Of a stretch of DNA of 64,000 nucleotides, positions 53,279 to 64,000 are shown in pieces. Where the stretch lies: contig CAVVHS010000008.1 in the NCBI GenBank assembly GCA_963748215.1, forward strand, positions 64,001-128,000, read 5' to 3'. The position numbers were made by a program, and so were the translations under genes. The number at the start of each line of letters is the position of its first letter. Position 1 is the stretch's first letter. The notes beneath the pieces were generated by a model that ran no database searches, was not told the DNA's origin, and saw only the letters and a program-made list of their open reading frames with translations. The stretch comes from an uncultured Gammaproteobacteria bacterium (GTDB lineage Bacteria; Pseudomonadota; Gammaproteobacteria; UBA9214).

Positions 53279-55458
53279 ATGCGCGAGACCGCATCGAAAT
53301 CAACCATACTGATGGAAGATCATATCCAGAAACCTTACCTGCTGCTGATCAGCATCCATGGGTTGATACGCGCCACGGACCTGGAACTCGGCCGTAACGC
53401 GGATACCGGCGGCCAGACCAAGTACGTGCTGGATCTGGCGCGCGCTCTCGCCGAGCGCGAGGACGTCGGCCAGGTCGACCTGGTTACGCGCAGGATCGTG
53501 GATACTGCGGTCAGCAGGGACTATGCACAGCCAGTGGAAGCGCTGTCAGACAAGGCACGCATCATCCGTATCGACGCCGGCCCGGAGGAATACATTCCCA
53601 AGGAGCAATTGTGGGACCATCTGGACAGCTTCATGGACAACCTGGTCAACTGGCTGAACAGCCAGCACCGCACCCCCGACCTGGTCCACAGCCACTATGC
53701 GGACGCCGGTTACGTGGGCACCCGACTGGCCAACCTGCTGGGGGTGCCACTCATCCATACCGGCCATTCGCTGGGTCGCGACAAACGCAAACGCCTGCTT
53801 GCCAGGGGCCTGTCGAGCGAGATCATCGAGCACACCTACAATATCAGACGGCGCATCGATGCCGAGGAAGAGGTACTCGCCAATGCCGACCTGGTCATCA
53901 CCAGCACCCATAATGAAATCGAGGAGCAATACGGACTCTACAATTACTACGACCCTGACCGGATGCAGGTCATACCACCCGGCACCGACCTGAAACAGTT
54001 TCACCCGCCGGCGGAAAACGAGGACATCGCCTTTGCATCCCGCCTGAAACGGTTTCTTACCCGGCCGGACAAACCGTTTATCCTGGCCCTGTCGCGTCCG
54101 GACGAACGCAAGAACATTCTCAGTCTGGTCGAGGCCTATGGCGAATCGCATGCCCTGCAGGAAGCGGCGAACCTGCTGATCGTGGCCGGCAGCCGCGAAG
54201 ACATCCGCGACATGGATACCGGTGCACGATCCGTGCTGACCAACATCCTGCTGCTGATCGACAGCTATGACCTGTACGGCCTGGTCGCACTGCCCAAGAG
54301 CCACCGCGCCGATGAGGTGCCGGACATCTATCGCCTGGTGACCACTTCAGGTGGCGTATTCATCAATCCCGCCCTGACCGAGCCGTTCGGGTTGACCCTG
54401 CTGGAGGCAGCCGCCTCGGGCCTGCCGGTCGTGGCGACCGAGAACGGCGGACCGGTGGATATCATCGCCAACTGCAACAACGGCATTCTGGTAGACCCGC
54501 TCGACAAGGCTGCCATGAGCAAGGCACTGCTTGCATTGCTCAGGGACCGCGAGGCCTGGCAACGGCCTCTCGCAACGGACTCAAGGGTGTGCGCAAGCAC
54601 TATGCCTGGGAGGCACATGCCGACAGGTACATGGAAATAGTGAGTGGTCTGCACGGCAAGAGCCGCCCGGTCGACTGGGAGCGGCCACCGCCGCGAGCTG
54701 TCCATTTCCGCGACCGTGCACTGTTTACCGACCTCGATCAGAACCTGCTCGGCAACCCGGCCGCCCTGAAGACCTTTTCCGACGTCATGCACGATAACCG
54801 CAAGTGTGTGACTTTCGGCATAGCGACCGGCCGGCGTATCGATGCCGCACTGGCCATCATCAAGAAATACCGCATACCTGCGCCGGACGTGCTGATCAGC
54901 AGTCTCGGCACGCGCATCCATTACGGCCGATCCCTGACCGAGGACAACCACTGGGCGGACCACATCGACCACCACTGGAACCCGCTGCGGGTGCGCCGCG
55001 TTATCGAACATCTGCCCGGCATCAAGCAACAGCCCAAACAGGACCAGAGCCGCTTCAAGCTGTCCTACTATTACGACGCGCAGCTGGCGCCGACTTACGA
55101 CGACGTCGTCACCCTGCTCCGCCAGAACGACCTGACCGCCAACGTGATCATCTCCTTCGGCCAGTTCCTGGACATCGTACCGTCGCGCGCATCCAAGGGT
55201 CAGGCTCTGCGTTACGTCGCACAGCGCCTGGACATACCGCTCGAGCACATCCTCGTGGCCGGTGGTTCGGGCGCAGACGAGGACATGATGCGTGGCAACA
55301 CGCTAGCGGTCGTAGTGGGCAATCGTCACCACGAGGAGCTCTCCGGACTGACCGATCAGGACCGCATCTACTTTGCCAGCCAGCCTTACGCCATGGGGAT
55401 CCTCGAGGCAATCGATCACTATGATTTCTTCAATAGCTGCGAAGTACCGGCGGACTGA
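53279..55458 (+). CDS. sps: Sucrose-phosphate synthase, GT4 + HAD domain (apparent frameshift ~54564)
   Basis: DTGGQTKYV, HSHYADA, HTGHSLG, EPFGLT; the second ORF supplies the HAD domain (FTDLDQNL). Confidence 0.93.
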
Positions 55459-56297
55459 TGCCTGAACGCCTGCTGATTTGCACCGATCTCGACCGTACCC
55501 TGCTACCGAACGGGCCGCAATCCGAATCTCCGCAAGCGCGCGAGCGCTTTGCCGGGCTGGTTGCCAACCCGCAGATCACCCTGGCCTACGTCAGCGGGCG
55601 TCATCGGGCACTGGTGGAGCAGGCCATATTCAACTACCGGTTGCCGGTACCGGATTTCGTGGTGGGGGATGTCGGCACGACCATTTACCGGGTCGGTACA
55701 GAGCAGGCCTGGGCCAGGCTGACCACGTGGGAAGAGGATTTCGCCAGTGACTGGGCAGGCAGGACACACGCCGAGCTGAAGGCGCTGCTGCATGACCTGT
55801 CCGCCCTGCAATTGCAGGAAGTCAGCAAGCAGAACGACTACAAGCTGAGTTACTACGTGCCCTTGCAAAGCGACCGCGAGGCCCTCTCGGCCATGATCCG
55901 CCACCGCTTCGGGGAATCCGGCATCAGGGCCAGCCTGATCTGGAGCATCGACGAACCGATGGGCATCGGCCTGCTGGATATCCTGCCGGAACGGGCAAGC
56001 AAGCTGCATGCCGTGGAGGCACTGATGAAACTGAACGGCTTCGACTGCAGCAACACCGTGTTCTGCGGTGACAGCGGCAACGATATCGAGGTACTGGCCA
56101 GTCCGATTCCCGCCGTGCTGGTCGCAAACGGACACGCGGATGTCAAGGAACTCGCCAGACGACTGGCCGACGAGAAGCATTGCAGCGCACAACTTTACAT
56201 CGCACAGGGCGGTTTCATGGACATGAACGGAAACTACAGTGCCGGTATACTGGAGGGCATTGCCCATTACCATCCGGACACTACCGGCTGGATGTAA
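55458..56297 (+). CDS. spp: Sucrose-phosphate phosphatase (HAD-IIB)
   Basis: DLDRT, SGR, GDSGND; coupled to sps. Confidence 0.88.
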   Translation: MPERLLICTDLDRTLLPNGPQSESPQARERFAGLVANPQITLAYVSGRHRALVEQAIFNYRLPVPDFVVGDVGTTIYRVGTEQAWARLTTWEEDFASDWAGRTHAELKALLHDLSALQLQEVSKQNDYKLSYYVPLQSDREALSAMIRHRFGESGIRASLIWSIDEPMGIGLLDILPERASKLHAVEALMKLNGFDCSNTVFCGDSGNDIEVLASPIPAVLVANGHADVKELARRLADEKHCSAQLYIAQGGFMDMNGNYSAGILEGIAHYHPDTTGWM

Positions 56298-56322
56298 CCT
56301 CCACCGCAACGGAAACGCCGGC

Positions 56323-57225
56323 ATGAGCGACCCGCAGGTCTGTATATTTGGCGAAGTACTGTTTGATCATTTTCCCGACGGCAAGCGCGTGCTGGGCGGC
56401 GCACCGTTCAATGTCGCATGGCACCTGCAGGCATTCGGCCTCGCACCGCGATTTATCAGCCGGGTCGGCGCGGATGCCGAAGGCGAGTCCGTGCTGGCCG
56501 CCATGCGCGAATGGGGCATGGACACCCGGGCAGTCCAGGTCGACGCCCACCGGCCCACAGGCCGGGTCAGCGTGCAGATCCTCGATGACGAACCGGCCTA
56601 CGATATCGTCGCCGACTGCGCCTATGATGCGATCGGGTGGCAACCGCAACAGGTACCCACCGATGCCTTCGTCTACCACGGCTCGCTCGCCATCAGGGCG
56701 CCGGAATCGCGCCAGACCCTCGACGCGATCACGCGGGCAGCTGCAGCAGGCACCATCTTCCTCGACGTCAACCTCAGGCCGCCCTGGTGGGACCATGACG
56801 AGGTCATGTCACGGATCAGGGCGGCGCACTGGGTCAAGCTCAATGCCGACGAGCTGGCCGTGCTCGCCCCGCATCGCGCCTCCGACGTCATTCACGCCGG
56901 CGAGTTTCTTGCCGAGAACAACCTGAAAGGCCTGATCCTCACCCGGGGCGCGGACGGCGCAAGCGTATTCACGGAAGACGGCGCGAGCTTCGTGGTGAAG
57001 CCGGGCGGTAAAATCAGGATTGTGGATACCGTGGGCGCCGGTGATGCCTTTACAGCGGTCACGATACTCGGGATCATCTCGGGCTGGCCGCTGCCAGTGA
57101 CGCTCGAACGGGCGCAGTCCTTTGCGTCGCAAATCGTTGGCCGGCGCGGCGCGACCGTGAACGAGCGCGACTTTTATCAACCGCTGATCCTGGCTTGGGA
57201 TCTGCCCGGACAACACACGAACTGA
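56323..57225 (+). CDS. PfkB-family fructokinase
   Basis: GGAPFNVA, DVNLR, DTVGAGDAF; within the sucrose cluster. Confidence 0.9.
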   Translation: MSDPQVCIFGEVLFDHFPDGKRVLGGAPFNVAWHLQAFGLAPRFISRVGADAEGESVLAAMREWGMDTRAVQVDAHRPTGRVSVQILDDEPAYDIVADCAYDAIGWQPQQVPTDAFVYHGSLAIRAPESRQTLDAITRAAAAGTIFLDVNLRPPWWDHDEVMSRIRAAHWVKLNADELAVLAPHRASDVIHAGEFLAENNLKGLILTRGADGASVFTEDGASFVVKPGGKIRIVDTVGAGDAFTAVTILGIISGWPLPVTLERAQSFASQIVGRRGATVNERDFYQPLILAWDLPGQHTN

Positions 57226-57228
57226 CAT

Positions 57229-59194
57229 ATGTACGAACAGGTTTCCCATTCCCTGCTGAACCGGTTGCTGGACAATCTAAGCGAAGACATCCGCAAACAG
57301 GACCTGCGCCATTTCTACCTCCGTCTCGGCGCGAATTTCTATGCGATCCATTCGCTGTTTCACCATCTCTACGGCGAGCGCGAGGACTTCGAGGCGCAGA
57401 TGCTGCGACTCGTCGAGGTGCTGGCGCACCACGACCTGGCACGCGACCCCGACCTCAGGGAACTGGATCGTCAACGCGAGGAGAATCACAACTGGTTCCT
57501 GAGCCAGGAATGGGTCGGCATGGCACTGTACTGCGACGGCTTTGCCGGCAACCTGCAGGGCCTGGAATCCAGACTCCACTACCTGCAGGAACTGGGCATC
57601 AATATGCTGCACGTGATGCCCATTCTGAAATGCCCGGTGGGCGCCAGCGACGGCGGCTATGCGATCAGCGACTTTCGCGCCCTGGACGAACGTGCCGGAA
57701 CGCTCGAGGACCTGCGCTCGGTGGCCGGTTCCCTGCGCAAGCGCAACATGCTGCTGACCCTCGACGTGGTAGTCAACCACACCTCGAATGAACACGACTG
57801 GGCGCGTGCGCGCCCGCGCCGGCGAGAAAAAATACCAGGACTACTACTACTTCTTCGACAATCGCGATATCCCCGACATGTTCGAGGAGACCATGCCCGA
57901 GATCTTCCCGGAAACCTCGCCCGGCAACTTCACCTGGGACGAGACGATGGGCAAGTGGGTGATGACGGTCTTCAACAACTACCAGTGGGACCTGAATTAC
58001 AGCAACCCGGCCGTGTTCATCGAGATGGTGGATATCATCCTGTTCTGGGCCAACCAGGGTGCGGATATCGTGCGACTGGACGCGGTCGCATTTCTGTGGA
58101 AGAAAATCGGCACCACCTGCCAGAATGAGCGCGAGGCACACCTGATCCTGCAGTTGCTGAAGGATTGCTGCCAGGTGACCGCGCGCGGCGTGCTGTTCAT
58201 CGCCGAGGCGATCGTCGCACCGGTGGAAATCGCAAAATACTTCGGCGAGGATGCCGTGATCGCAAAAGAATGCGAGATCGCCTACAACGCCACCCTCATG
58301 GCCCTGCTCTGGGATACGGTGGCCACCCATAACGCAAACCTGCTCAACATCGGTGTACGCAACCTGCCGAACAAGCTCGATCGTGCCACCTGGCTGAACT
58401 ATATCCGCTGCCACGATGATATCGGCCTGGGCTTCGACGATAACGATATCCGCCTGGCCGGTTATGACCCGCTGGCGCACCGCCGCTTTCTGGTGGACTA
58501 CTTCACGGGGGAATACGACGATTCGCCGGCACGCGGACAGCCATTCGGTCGCAACCTGAAAACGGGCGATGCGCGCATATCGGGATCACTCGCCTCGCTG
58601 GTGGGACTCGGTACGGCGCTGGAAGACGGTAATCCGGAAGGAATCGACATAGCCGTGCGCCGCATCCTGCTGCTGCACAGCGTGATCATGTCCTACGGTG
58701 GCATCCCCCTGCTTTACTACGGCGACGAGATCGGCATGCTGAATGATTGCACCTACCTGGATGATCCCGCCAAGGCCAACGACAATCGCTGGCTGCACCG
58801 CCCCCGCATCGACTGGAACAAGGCAGACATGCGCAATCAGCACGGCAGCCTGGAACAGCGCATCTTCGAAGGGCTGCAAAGAATGATCGCCGTGCGCAAG
58901 TCCATCCCGGCCTTCGCCGACTTCAACAATCGCGAGTTGCTCGATACCGGCAACCCCCACCTGTTCGTCTTCATGCGCACCGATCCGTTCCAGAGCGGAG
59001 ATAACGTACTGGTGGTGACGAACTTCGACAGCGCCCCCCAGTCACTCGACCTGATCGACCTGCGCAATCGCGGCCGCTTCGCCTACGGCCAGGTCCAGGA
59101 CCTCTGTTCCGGCGAGACCCCTTCGCTCTACAAGGACACGCTGGTCATTCCGCCCTACCGGTTTTACTGGCTGAGCGATCGACCCTCTTTCTAG
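57229..59194 (+). CDS. ams: Amylosucrase (GH13_4-like; apparent frameshift ~57805)
   Basis: SDGGYA, NHTS, QWDLNY, RLDAV, EAIV, RCHDDIG, RISGS. Confidence 0.88.
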
Positions 59195-59772
59195 CGGCGG
59201 GACGCCCGGCCCAATGGGTCGGTGAGCCCGCGACCGGGCCAGGCGCATAGCGCATACCGCGCAGATCCGCGGCGCCGAAACATCCAGCAGGGCTGACGGG
59301 TCGTTCAAAACCATCGGATTTATATGGAAAAAGAGTCGAGACCCGCCTGGGGTAACAGACTGTCGCCGTTGAACGACGCTCCATTAGTATATTTTTATAA
59401 GTCGATGTATTGCCTCTATTCGTAGCTGATCCTGATTGGCGACATCCCCGCCGCCAAACCCGCACCACACACGCGCCGCAGCCATCCCTTCTAAACGGAA
59501 ACATCGTTATATCCGCTACATTATCAGCGAGTTACGTATTGCCAAACGCCAGTGGCACCCGGCAGTGTGCGACACCGGCAGCGACCAACATGTCATGGCA
59601 ATGACATCGCCGGCCAGCCAGTAAAGTCGTCGCCACGGCGAACCGGCATCCGTCCGACACACCGCTCCACCCGACTGTTCTAACGAGGAATTTCGCTCCA
59701 ACCGGGCGCATCCGCGCATTTTGCCGCCTGGATTCTGGCTCTCTAGCCGCCTTCTCATGCAGTGAAAACAGC

Positions 59773-59787
59773 TGGCATGGTCCTTGC
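59773..59787 (+). promoter_or_regulatory. Sigma-54 promoter
   Basis: TGGCATGGTCCTTGC has GG-N10-GC spacing, ~90 bp upstream of the 59876 gene. Confidence 0.6.
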
Positions 59788-59875
59788 GTTACGAATTTGC
59801 AATCACGATCACACAACCCGCATCAGGTGCCGCAATGGCGGCGCCGATAGCTGATAAACACAGAGGCAAACGCAT

Positions 59876-60382
59876 ATGTTTTCAAAAAAACACGGTAAGT
59901 CATTGATTCGAGGTCTACTGGTAGTCAGCCTGGCCATCCTGCTGGGCGCCTGCGGCGGAGGCAGTACCGGTGTCGTGGGCGGGACAACCACGTCCAGCAC
60001 AAGCAGCACGACAGCCACGTCCCGCGCAAGCAGCACGACAGCCACGTCCAGTGTAAGCAGCACGACAGCCACGTCCAGTTCCAGTAATTCCAGCAGCCCA
60101 TCGGGAACTGCCTCGACCGGCGCCATCAGACTGTCATGGACGGCCCCGGTCGCCCGTGCCGATGGAACACCGCTATCGCTGTCAGAGATCGCCGGCTACC
60201 GTGTCCATTACGGGACGTCGTCCGGCAAATACACGAGTCACGTCAATATCACTAATGGTTCACTGCAATCCGCCACCGTGTCCGGCATACCGATCGGCAC
60301 GTATTACGTCGCCATGTCGACATACGATGCAAGCGGACTGGAAAGCAGATACTCAGCGCCTGTCGTCAAGTCAGCACTGTAA
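59876..60382 (+). CDS. Lipoprotein with Ser/Thr-rich linker and fibronectin type III domain
   Basis: LGAC lipobox; LSWTAP, GYRVHYG, YYVAM, GLES. Confidence 0.85.
   Translation: MFSKKHGKSLIRGLLVVSLAILLGACGGGSTGVVGGTTTSSTSSTTATSRASSTTATSSVSSTTATSSSSNSSSPSGTASTGAIRLSWTAPVARADGTPLSLSEIAGYRVHYGTSSGKYTSHVNITNGSLQSATVSGIPIGTYYVAMSTYDASGLESRYSAPVVKSAL
60001..60079. repeat. 3 x 27-bp coding tandem repeat (SSTTATS core)
   Basis: AAGCAGCACGACAGCCACGTCC at 60001, 60028 and 60055. Confidence 0.9.
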
Positions 60383-60608
60383 TCCCGCACCGCAGACTGT
60401 TCGTCCCCCGGACCACTAACCGGCCCGGGGTACTGCATAGCCGCGGCGCCAACCCGTCTCAAGTCCTGCCACAGCCGGACCGGGGGACGCACAACCTGTA
60501 AGCCCCCGGCATCCGGCTCAGAGTAGCCCCCTCGTCGCCCAAAGCTAGCCGGCCTGCCGGATTCAGCCCGCCAGACAGCATGCCGATACCCGCAGATAGC
60601 GGCAATCA

Positions 60609-60622
60609 TTGACCTGTATCAA
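60609..60622 (+). promoter_or_regulatory. FNR/Anr-type box upstream of ppk2
   Basis: TTGAC-CTGT-ATCAA, ending ~40 bp before the ATG. Confidence 0.6.
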
Positions 60623-60663
60623 CACAGGTTCATGGCATTCGTTATATAGAGAAGAGTTTATAT

Positions 60664-61614
60664 ATGAAGAAAATGGAACCGACCATGATCAAACATCATG
60701 CCAGCGCCCTCGCTGAACTTGCGGCAGACAGGGAAACGCCTGAGCTTGCCTCGAAAAAGGAAATCACGAGTCTCGGCAAGCAGAAGATATTCGCCGATGC
60801 CAACTACCCGTACAAGACCAAGATGGGTCGGGCTGAATACGAAGCAGCCAAGCAGGAGCTGCAGATCGAGCTGCTCAAGATGCAGGGCTGGGTCAAGGAA
60901 ACGGGCCAGCGGATTGTCATCCTTTGCGAGGGACGCGACGCGGCCGGCAAGGGCGGCACCATCAAGCGCTTCATGGAACACCTGAATCCACGCGGCGCAC
61001 GTGTAGTCGCCCTGGAAAAACCCTCGGATGAAGAGCAGGGCCAGTGGTACTTTCAGCGTTATGTCAAGCACCTTCCCACAGCGGGTGAAATCGTGCTGTT
61101 CGACCGATCCTGGTATAATCGTGCCGGCGTCGAGCGTGTCATGGGTTTTTGCTCCTCCGGCGAGTATCTCGAATTCATGCGCCAGGCGCCCGAGCTGGAG
61201 CGCATGCTGGTTCGCGCCGGAATCCATTTTTTCAAACTGTGGTTCTCGGTCAGCCGTAATGAGCAGTTCCGCCGCTTCCAGGGACGCCGTCACGACCCGC
61301 TGAAACAGTGGAAACTGAGTCCGATCGATATGGCATCGCTGGACAAATGGCAGGACTACACCGAGGCAAAAGAGGCCATGTTTTTCTACACGGACACCGC
61401 CGACGCGCCGTGGACCGTGGTCAAGTCGGATTGCAAGAAACGTGCGCGTATCAACGCCATGCGCCACGTGCTAAACAGCCTCGAGTATCCGAACAAGAAC
61501 CGCCAGATCGCCATCGCACCGGATCGCCTGATTGTCGGCTCGGCAAAGAACATCTACGAATCGGGCGAGCACTATCTGGAAAGCAGCCCCCTTGAAACGA
61601 CCAGCAAGGAATAG
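60664..61614 (+). CDS. ppk2: Polyphosphate kinase 2
   Basis: EGRDAAGKGG, FDRSWYNR, WKLSPID. Confidence 0.96.
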   Translation: MKKMEPTMIKHHASALAELAADRETPELASKKEITSLGKQKIFADANYPYKTKMGRAEYEAAKQELQIELLKMQGWVKETGQRIVILCEGRDAAGKGGTIKRFMEHLNPRGARVVALEKPSDEEQGQWYFQRYVKHLPTAGEIVLFDRSWYNRAGVERVMGFCSSGEYLEFMRQAPELERMLVRAGIHFFKLWFSVSRNEQFRRFQGRRHDPLKQWKLSPIDMASLDKWQDYTEAKEAMFFYTDTADAPWTVVKSDCKKRARINAMRHVLNSLEYPNKNRQIAIAPDRLIVGSAKNIYESGEHYLESSPLETTSKE

Positions 61615-61616
61615 TC

Positions 61617-61832
61617 ATGCACCAGTCCGAACATGCCCAGGCAATGACAGACCGCTTTCATGAACTTGTGGAACAATCCGGGGACAGCCTGCCCGAGAAC
61701 CACTACGATGAACTGAGGCTGATCATCGAGGCCGGGCTCGATACTGCACTGGCGGAGATCATGGAAAACATCGCGGACAAGCTGACAGCCATGGCGCACG
61801 ACATCCAGCACGACGCGGAATTCTTCGACTGA
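61617..61832 (+). CDS. Small acidic hypothetical protein
   Basis: AAGGA RBS; ATG 2 nt after the ppk2 stop. Confidence 0.7.
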   Translation: MHQSEHAQAMTDRFHELVEQSGDSLPENHYDELRLIIEAGLDTALAEIMENIADKLTAMAHDIQHDAEFFD

Positions 61833-62040
61833 CAGACTGGCACCGCGCTACCGGGCGTGCGGCCGGGACACCACCCGCTGATTCACATCTCATCACGATC
61901 AACCCGCTCCTGACCGGCATGAACGTGTTAAGGCCGGCAGAGGTGTGACCGTCACTGAACGGACTTTCGATCACGCGCGGTCAGACGGCCTGCGACACCG
62001 CGCCGGCTGCCTGGCGTTTACCTGGACGGATCCGGCGAGA

Positions 62041-62054
62041 TTGATGCACGTCAA
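62041..62054 (+). promoter_or_regulatory. FNR/Anr-type box upstream of moxR
   Basis: TTGAT-GCAC-GTCAA. Confidence 0.5.
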
Positions 62055-62270
62055 TACCCAAAACCTTGCAATCAGGCATAGTTTCAAGTCAATATGGCTG
62101 TGTTAATAATAAAATTGACGACCGCATCCCTACCCCACCCCGTGAAGAATGTGATATCGGGAAGTCATCCGGGCTATCAGCAAATACCCCGATGCCGGTA
62201 GCGGTAAGTCCGTATTATTCCAGGAGCGTGCACAGTGTTATTTTCCGGCAGTCAAAAAAAATATCGTAGC

Positions 62271-63226
62271 TTGGATTCCTCGTCACTGGACTGTGTCCGC
62301 GACCACCTCGCAACCCGGGTTGTCGGACAACGCAGCCTGATCGACAGCATGCTGATATGCCTCGTGAGCGAAGGCCATCTGCTGGTAGAGGGTATGCCGG
62401 GGCTGGCCAAGACCACTGCGGTAAAGGCCCTGGCGGAGGCCATCGAGGGTGACTATCACCGCATCCAGTTCACCCCCGACCTGCTGCCCTCCGATCTGAT
62501 CGGCACGGATATCTACCGTCATGAGAAGGGCGAGTTCGTATTCCGTGCCGGCCCGCTGTTTCACAACATACTGCTGGCGGACGAGGTCAACCGCGCGCCG
62601 GCCAAGGTCCAGTCGGCATTGCTGGAAGCCATGGGTGAACACCAGGTCACGGTCGGCATGAAGACCTACCAGCTGCCGGACCTGTTCATGGTGCTGGCCA
62701 CCCAGAATCCAATCGAACAGGAAGGCACTTATAACCTGCCGGAGGCCCAGCTGGACCGCTTCCTGATGCACGTCTGGGTGGATTACCCGAATCGCGAGGA
62801 AGAACTGGCCATCCTGCAGCTCGACAGCAACCAGCAGTTGACCGCACCGCCCCCCCTGCCGTGATGCTGACCCAGGCGGAACTGTTCAAGGTGCGCGCGG
62901 ATGCGGCAAAGCTCTATCTCGATCCCAAACTGAATGACTACATCGTCGACCTGGTACAGGCCAGTCGCCGGCCCGAAGCCTATGACGATAGCCTCAAGCG
63001 CTGGTGCCGGTTCGGTGCCTCGCCACGCGCCACGATTGCGCTGGCTCGCTGTGCCCGTGCACGCGCCTGGCTGGATGGCGATGAATTTGTCGCGCCGCAC
63101 CATATCCAGGCCGTGGCGCCGGACGTGCTGCGCCACCGCATCCTGTTGACCTTCGAAGGCGAAGCCGAGGGCGTCACCAGCGATCATTTCATCAAGCGTC
63201 TGCTGGAGGTCGTGGCAATACCGTGA
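62271..63226 (+). CDS. MoxR-family AAA+ ATPase (apparent frameshift in the C-run 62850-62856; start uncertain)
   Basis: GMPGLAKT, RIQFTPDLLPSD, DEVNRA, ATQNPIE, PEAQLDRF; the second ORF gives GASPRA and LRHRI. Confidence 0.92.
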
Positions 63227-63281
63227 TGGCCGGCAGGAACTTCGGGCCAGGGCACCCGTTTCAGACCACAGCAGCAACGCG

Positions 63282-64000
63282 ATGAGCCTTCACCCGCAGC
63301 TTGATGATCTGCTGGAACTCCGCCACCAGGCCCGCGCCCTGGGCGTGGCAGCCAATCACCTGGTCAATACCACCTTCAGCGGCCTGTACGCGTCGGTTTT
63401 TCGCGGCACCGGACTGGATTTCGATGAGGTCCGCGAATATCGCGAAGGCGACGATATTCGCAATATGGACTGGCTGGTCACGGCGCGTACCGACATCCCG
63501 CACCTGAAGGTTTTCCGCGAGGAACGCCAGCGCAGCGTCATCCTCTGCATCGATACCGGGCCGCATATGAGTTTCGGCACCCGCGGCACGTTCAAGTCCA
63601 TCCAGGCAGCGCGTACCGCAGCCCTCATCGGCTGGGCCGCCAGCAAACAGCACGACCGGGTCGGCGGCGTGCTGTTCGGCAATCCCGCGACCGGGTTGCG
63701 CTACTTCCGCGCCACCCCCGGCCGCCGCGGTCTGTGGCGATTGCTGCGCGGGCTCACCGAGCCCATCGAGCAAGGCGACACGGACGAATCGCAGTTGATG
63801 GCGACCCTGCAGCACCTCGACAGCGGCGCGGCCACCGGTTCGCTGATCTTCGTTATCGCACCGCTCAACCAGGTCACCGCCGGCCTGGAACGCATCCTCG
63901 GCAGTCTGAAGCAGCGCAACGACGTCGTGCTGCTGCCGGTGGACGATCCGGCCGACCGTGACCTGCCGGCCATGGGACCGGTCATCTTCTCCAATGCCGC
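63282..64000 (+). CDS. DUF58 family protein, 3'-truncated (missing from the ORF track)
   Basis: ATG 63282 reads MSLHPQLDDLL...FRGTGLDFDEVREYREGDDIRNMDW..TAR...FREER; follows moxR. Confidence 0.9.
   Translation, partial: MSLHPQLDDLLELRHQARALGVAANHLVNTTFSGLYASVFRGTGLDFDEVREYREGDDIRNMDWLVTARTDIPHLKVFREERQRSVILCIDTGPHMSFGTRGTFKSIQAARTAALIGWAASKQHDRVGGVLFGNPATGLRYFRATPGRRGLWRLLRGLTEPIEQGDTDESQLMATLQHLDSGAATGSLIFVIAPLNQVTAGLERILGSLKQRNDVVLLPVDDPADRDLPAMGPVIFSNA

Noticed and set aside
54555-62864. Frameshifts in sps (~54564), ams (~57805) and moxR (C-run 62850-62856) as phase variation or decay
   Set aside because: Single-base indels in GC runs with no other decay, the same pattern as in ileS.

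Overview
GC-rich gammaproteobacterial chromosome segment, probably from a sulfur oxidiser (sulfur-globule-like protein, SoxW-like protein; this is inference). Most of it is housekeeping: thiO, pilVWXE, ispH, fkpB-lspA-ileS-ribF-murJ, rpsT, proB-obgE-rpmA-rplU, ispB, two tRNAs, mlaA, mazG, iscR/iscU, fabAB, nadA, a sps-spp-fruK-ams sucrose cluster, ppk2 and a moxR-DUF58 pair. A ~12.4 kb, visibly more AT-rich accessory region (about 7.9-20.3 kb) sits between fkpB and ispH. It carries stand-alone, mostly exported proteins, an IS1182 element and a 219-bp MITE. The most unusual signal is there: three ungapped, same-orientation copies of a 49-bp site (GGGTCG...GCGA...TTATATAAG...TYATGYAG). Consecutive copies each bracket one passenger gene and lie in clusters of short hairpin-like units that both IS-type elements target, which suggests an undescribed integrase-less gene-cassette system. 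Other leads are a candidate anti-Shine-Dalgarno sRNA with an OmpR-family box, an IscR lacking its Fe-S ligands, a REC/degenerate-GGDEF c-di-GMP receptor next to yajQ, and a composite REP-like array. Single-base frameshifts in ileS (two), sps, ams and moxR look like sequencing errors. All calls are from reading the sequence by eye; no searches were run.
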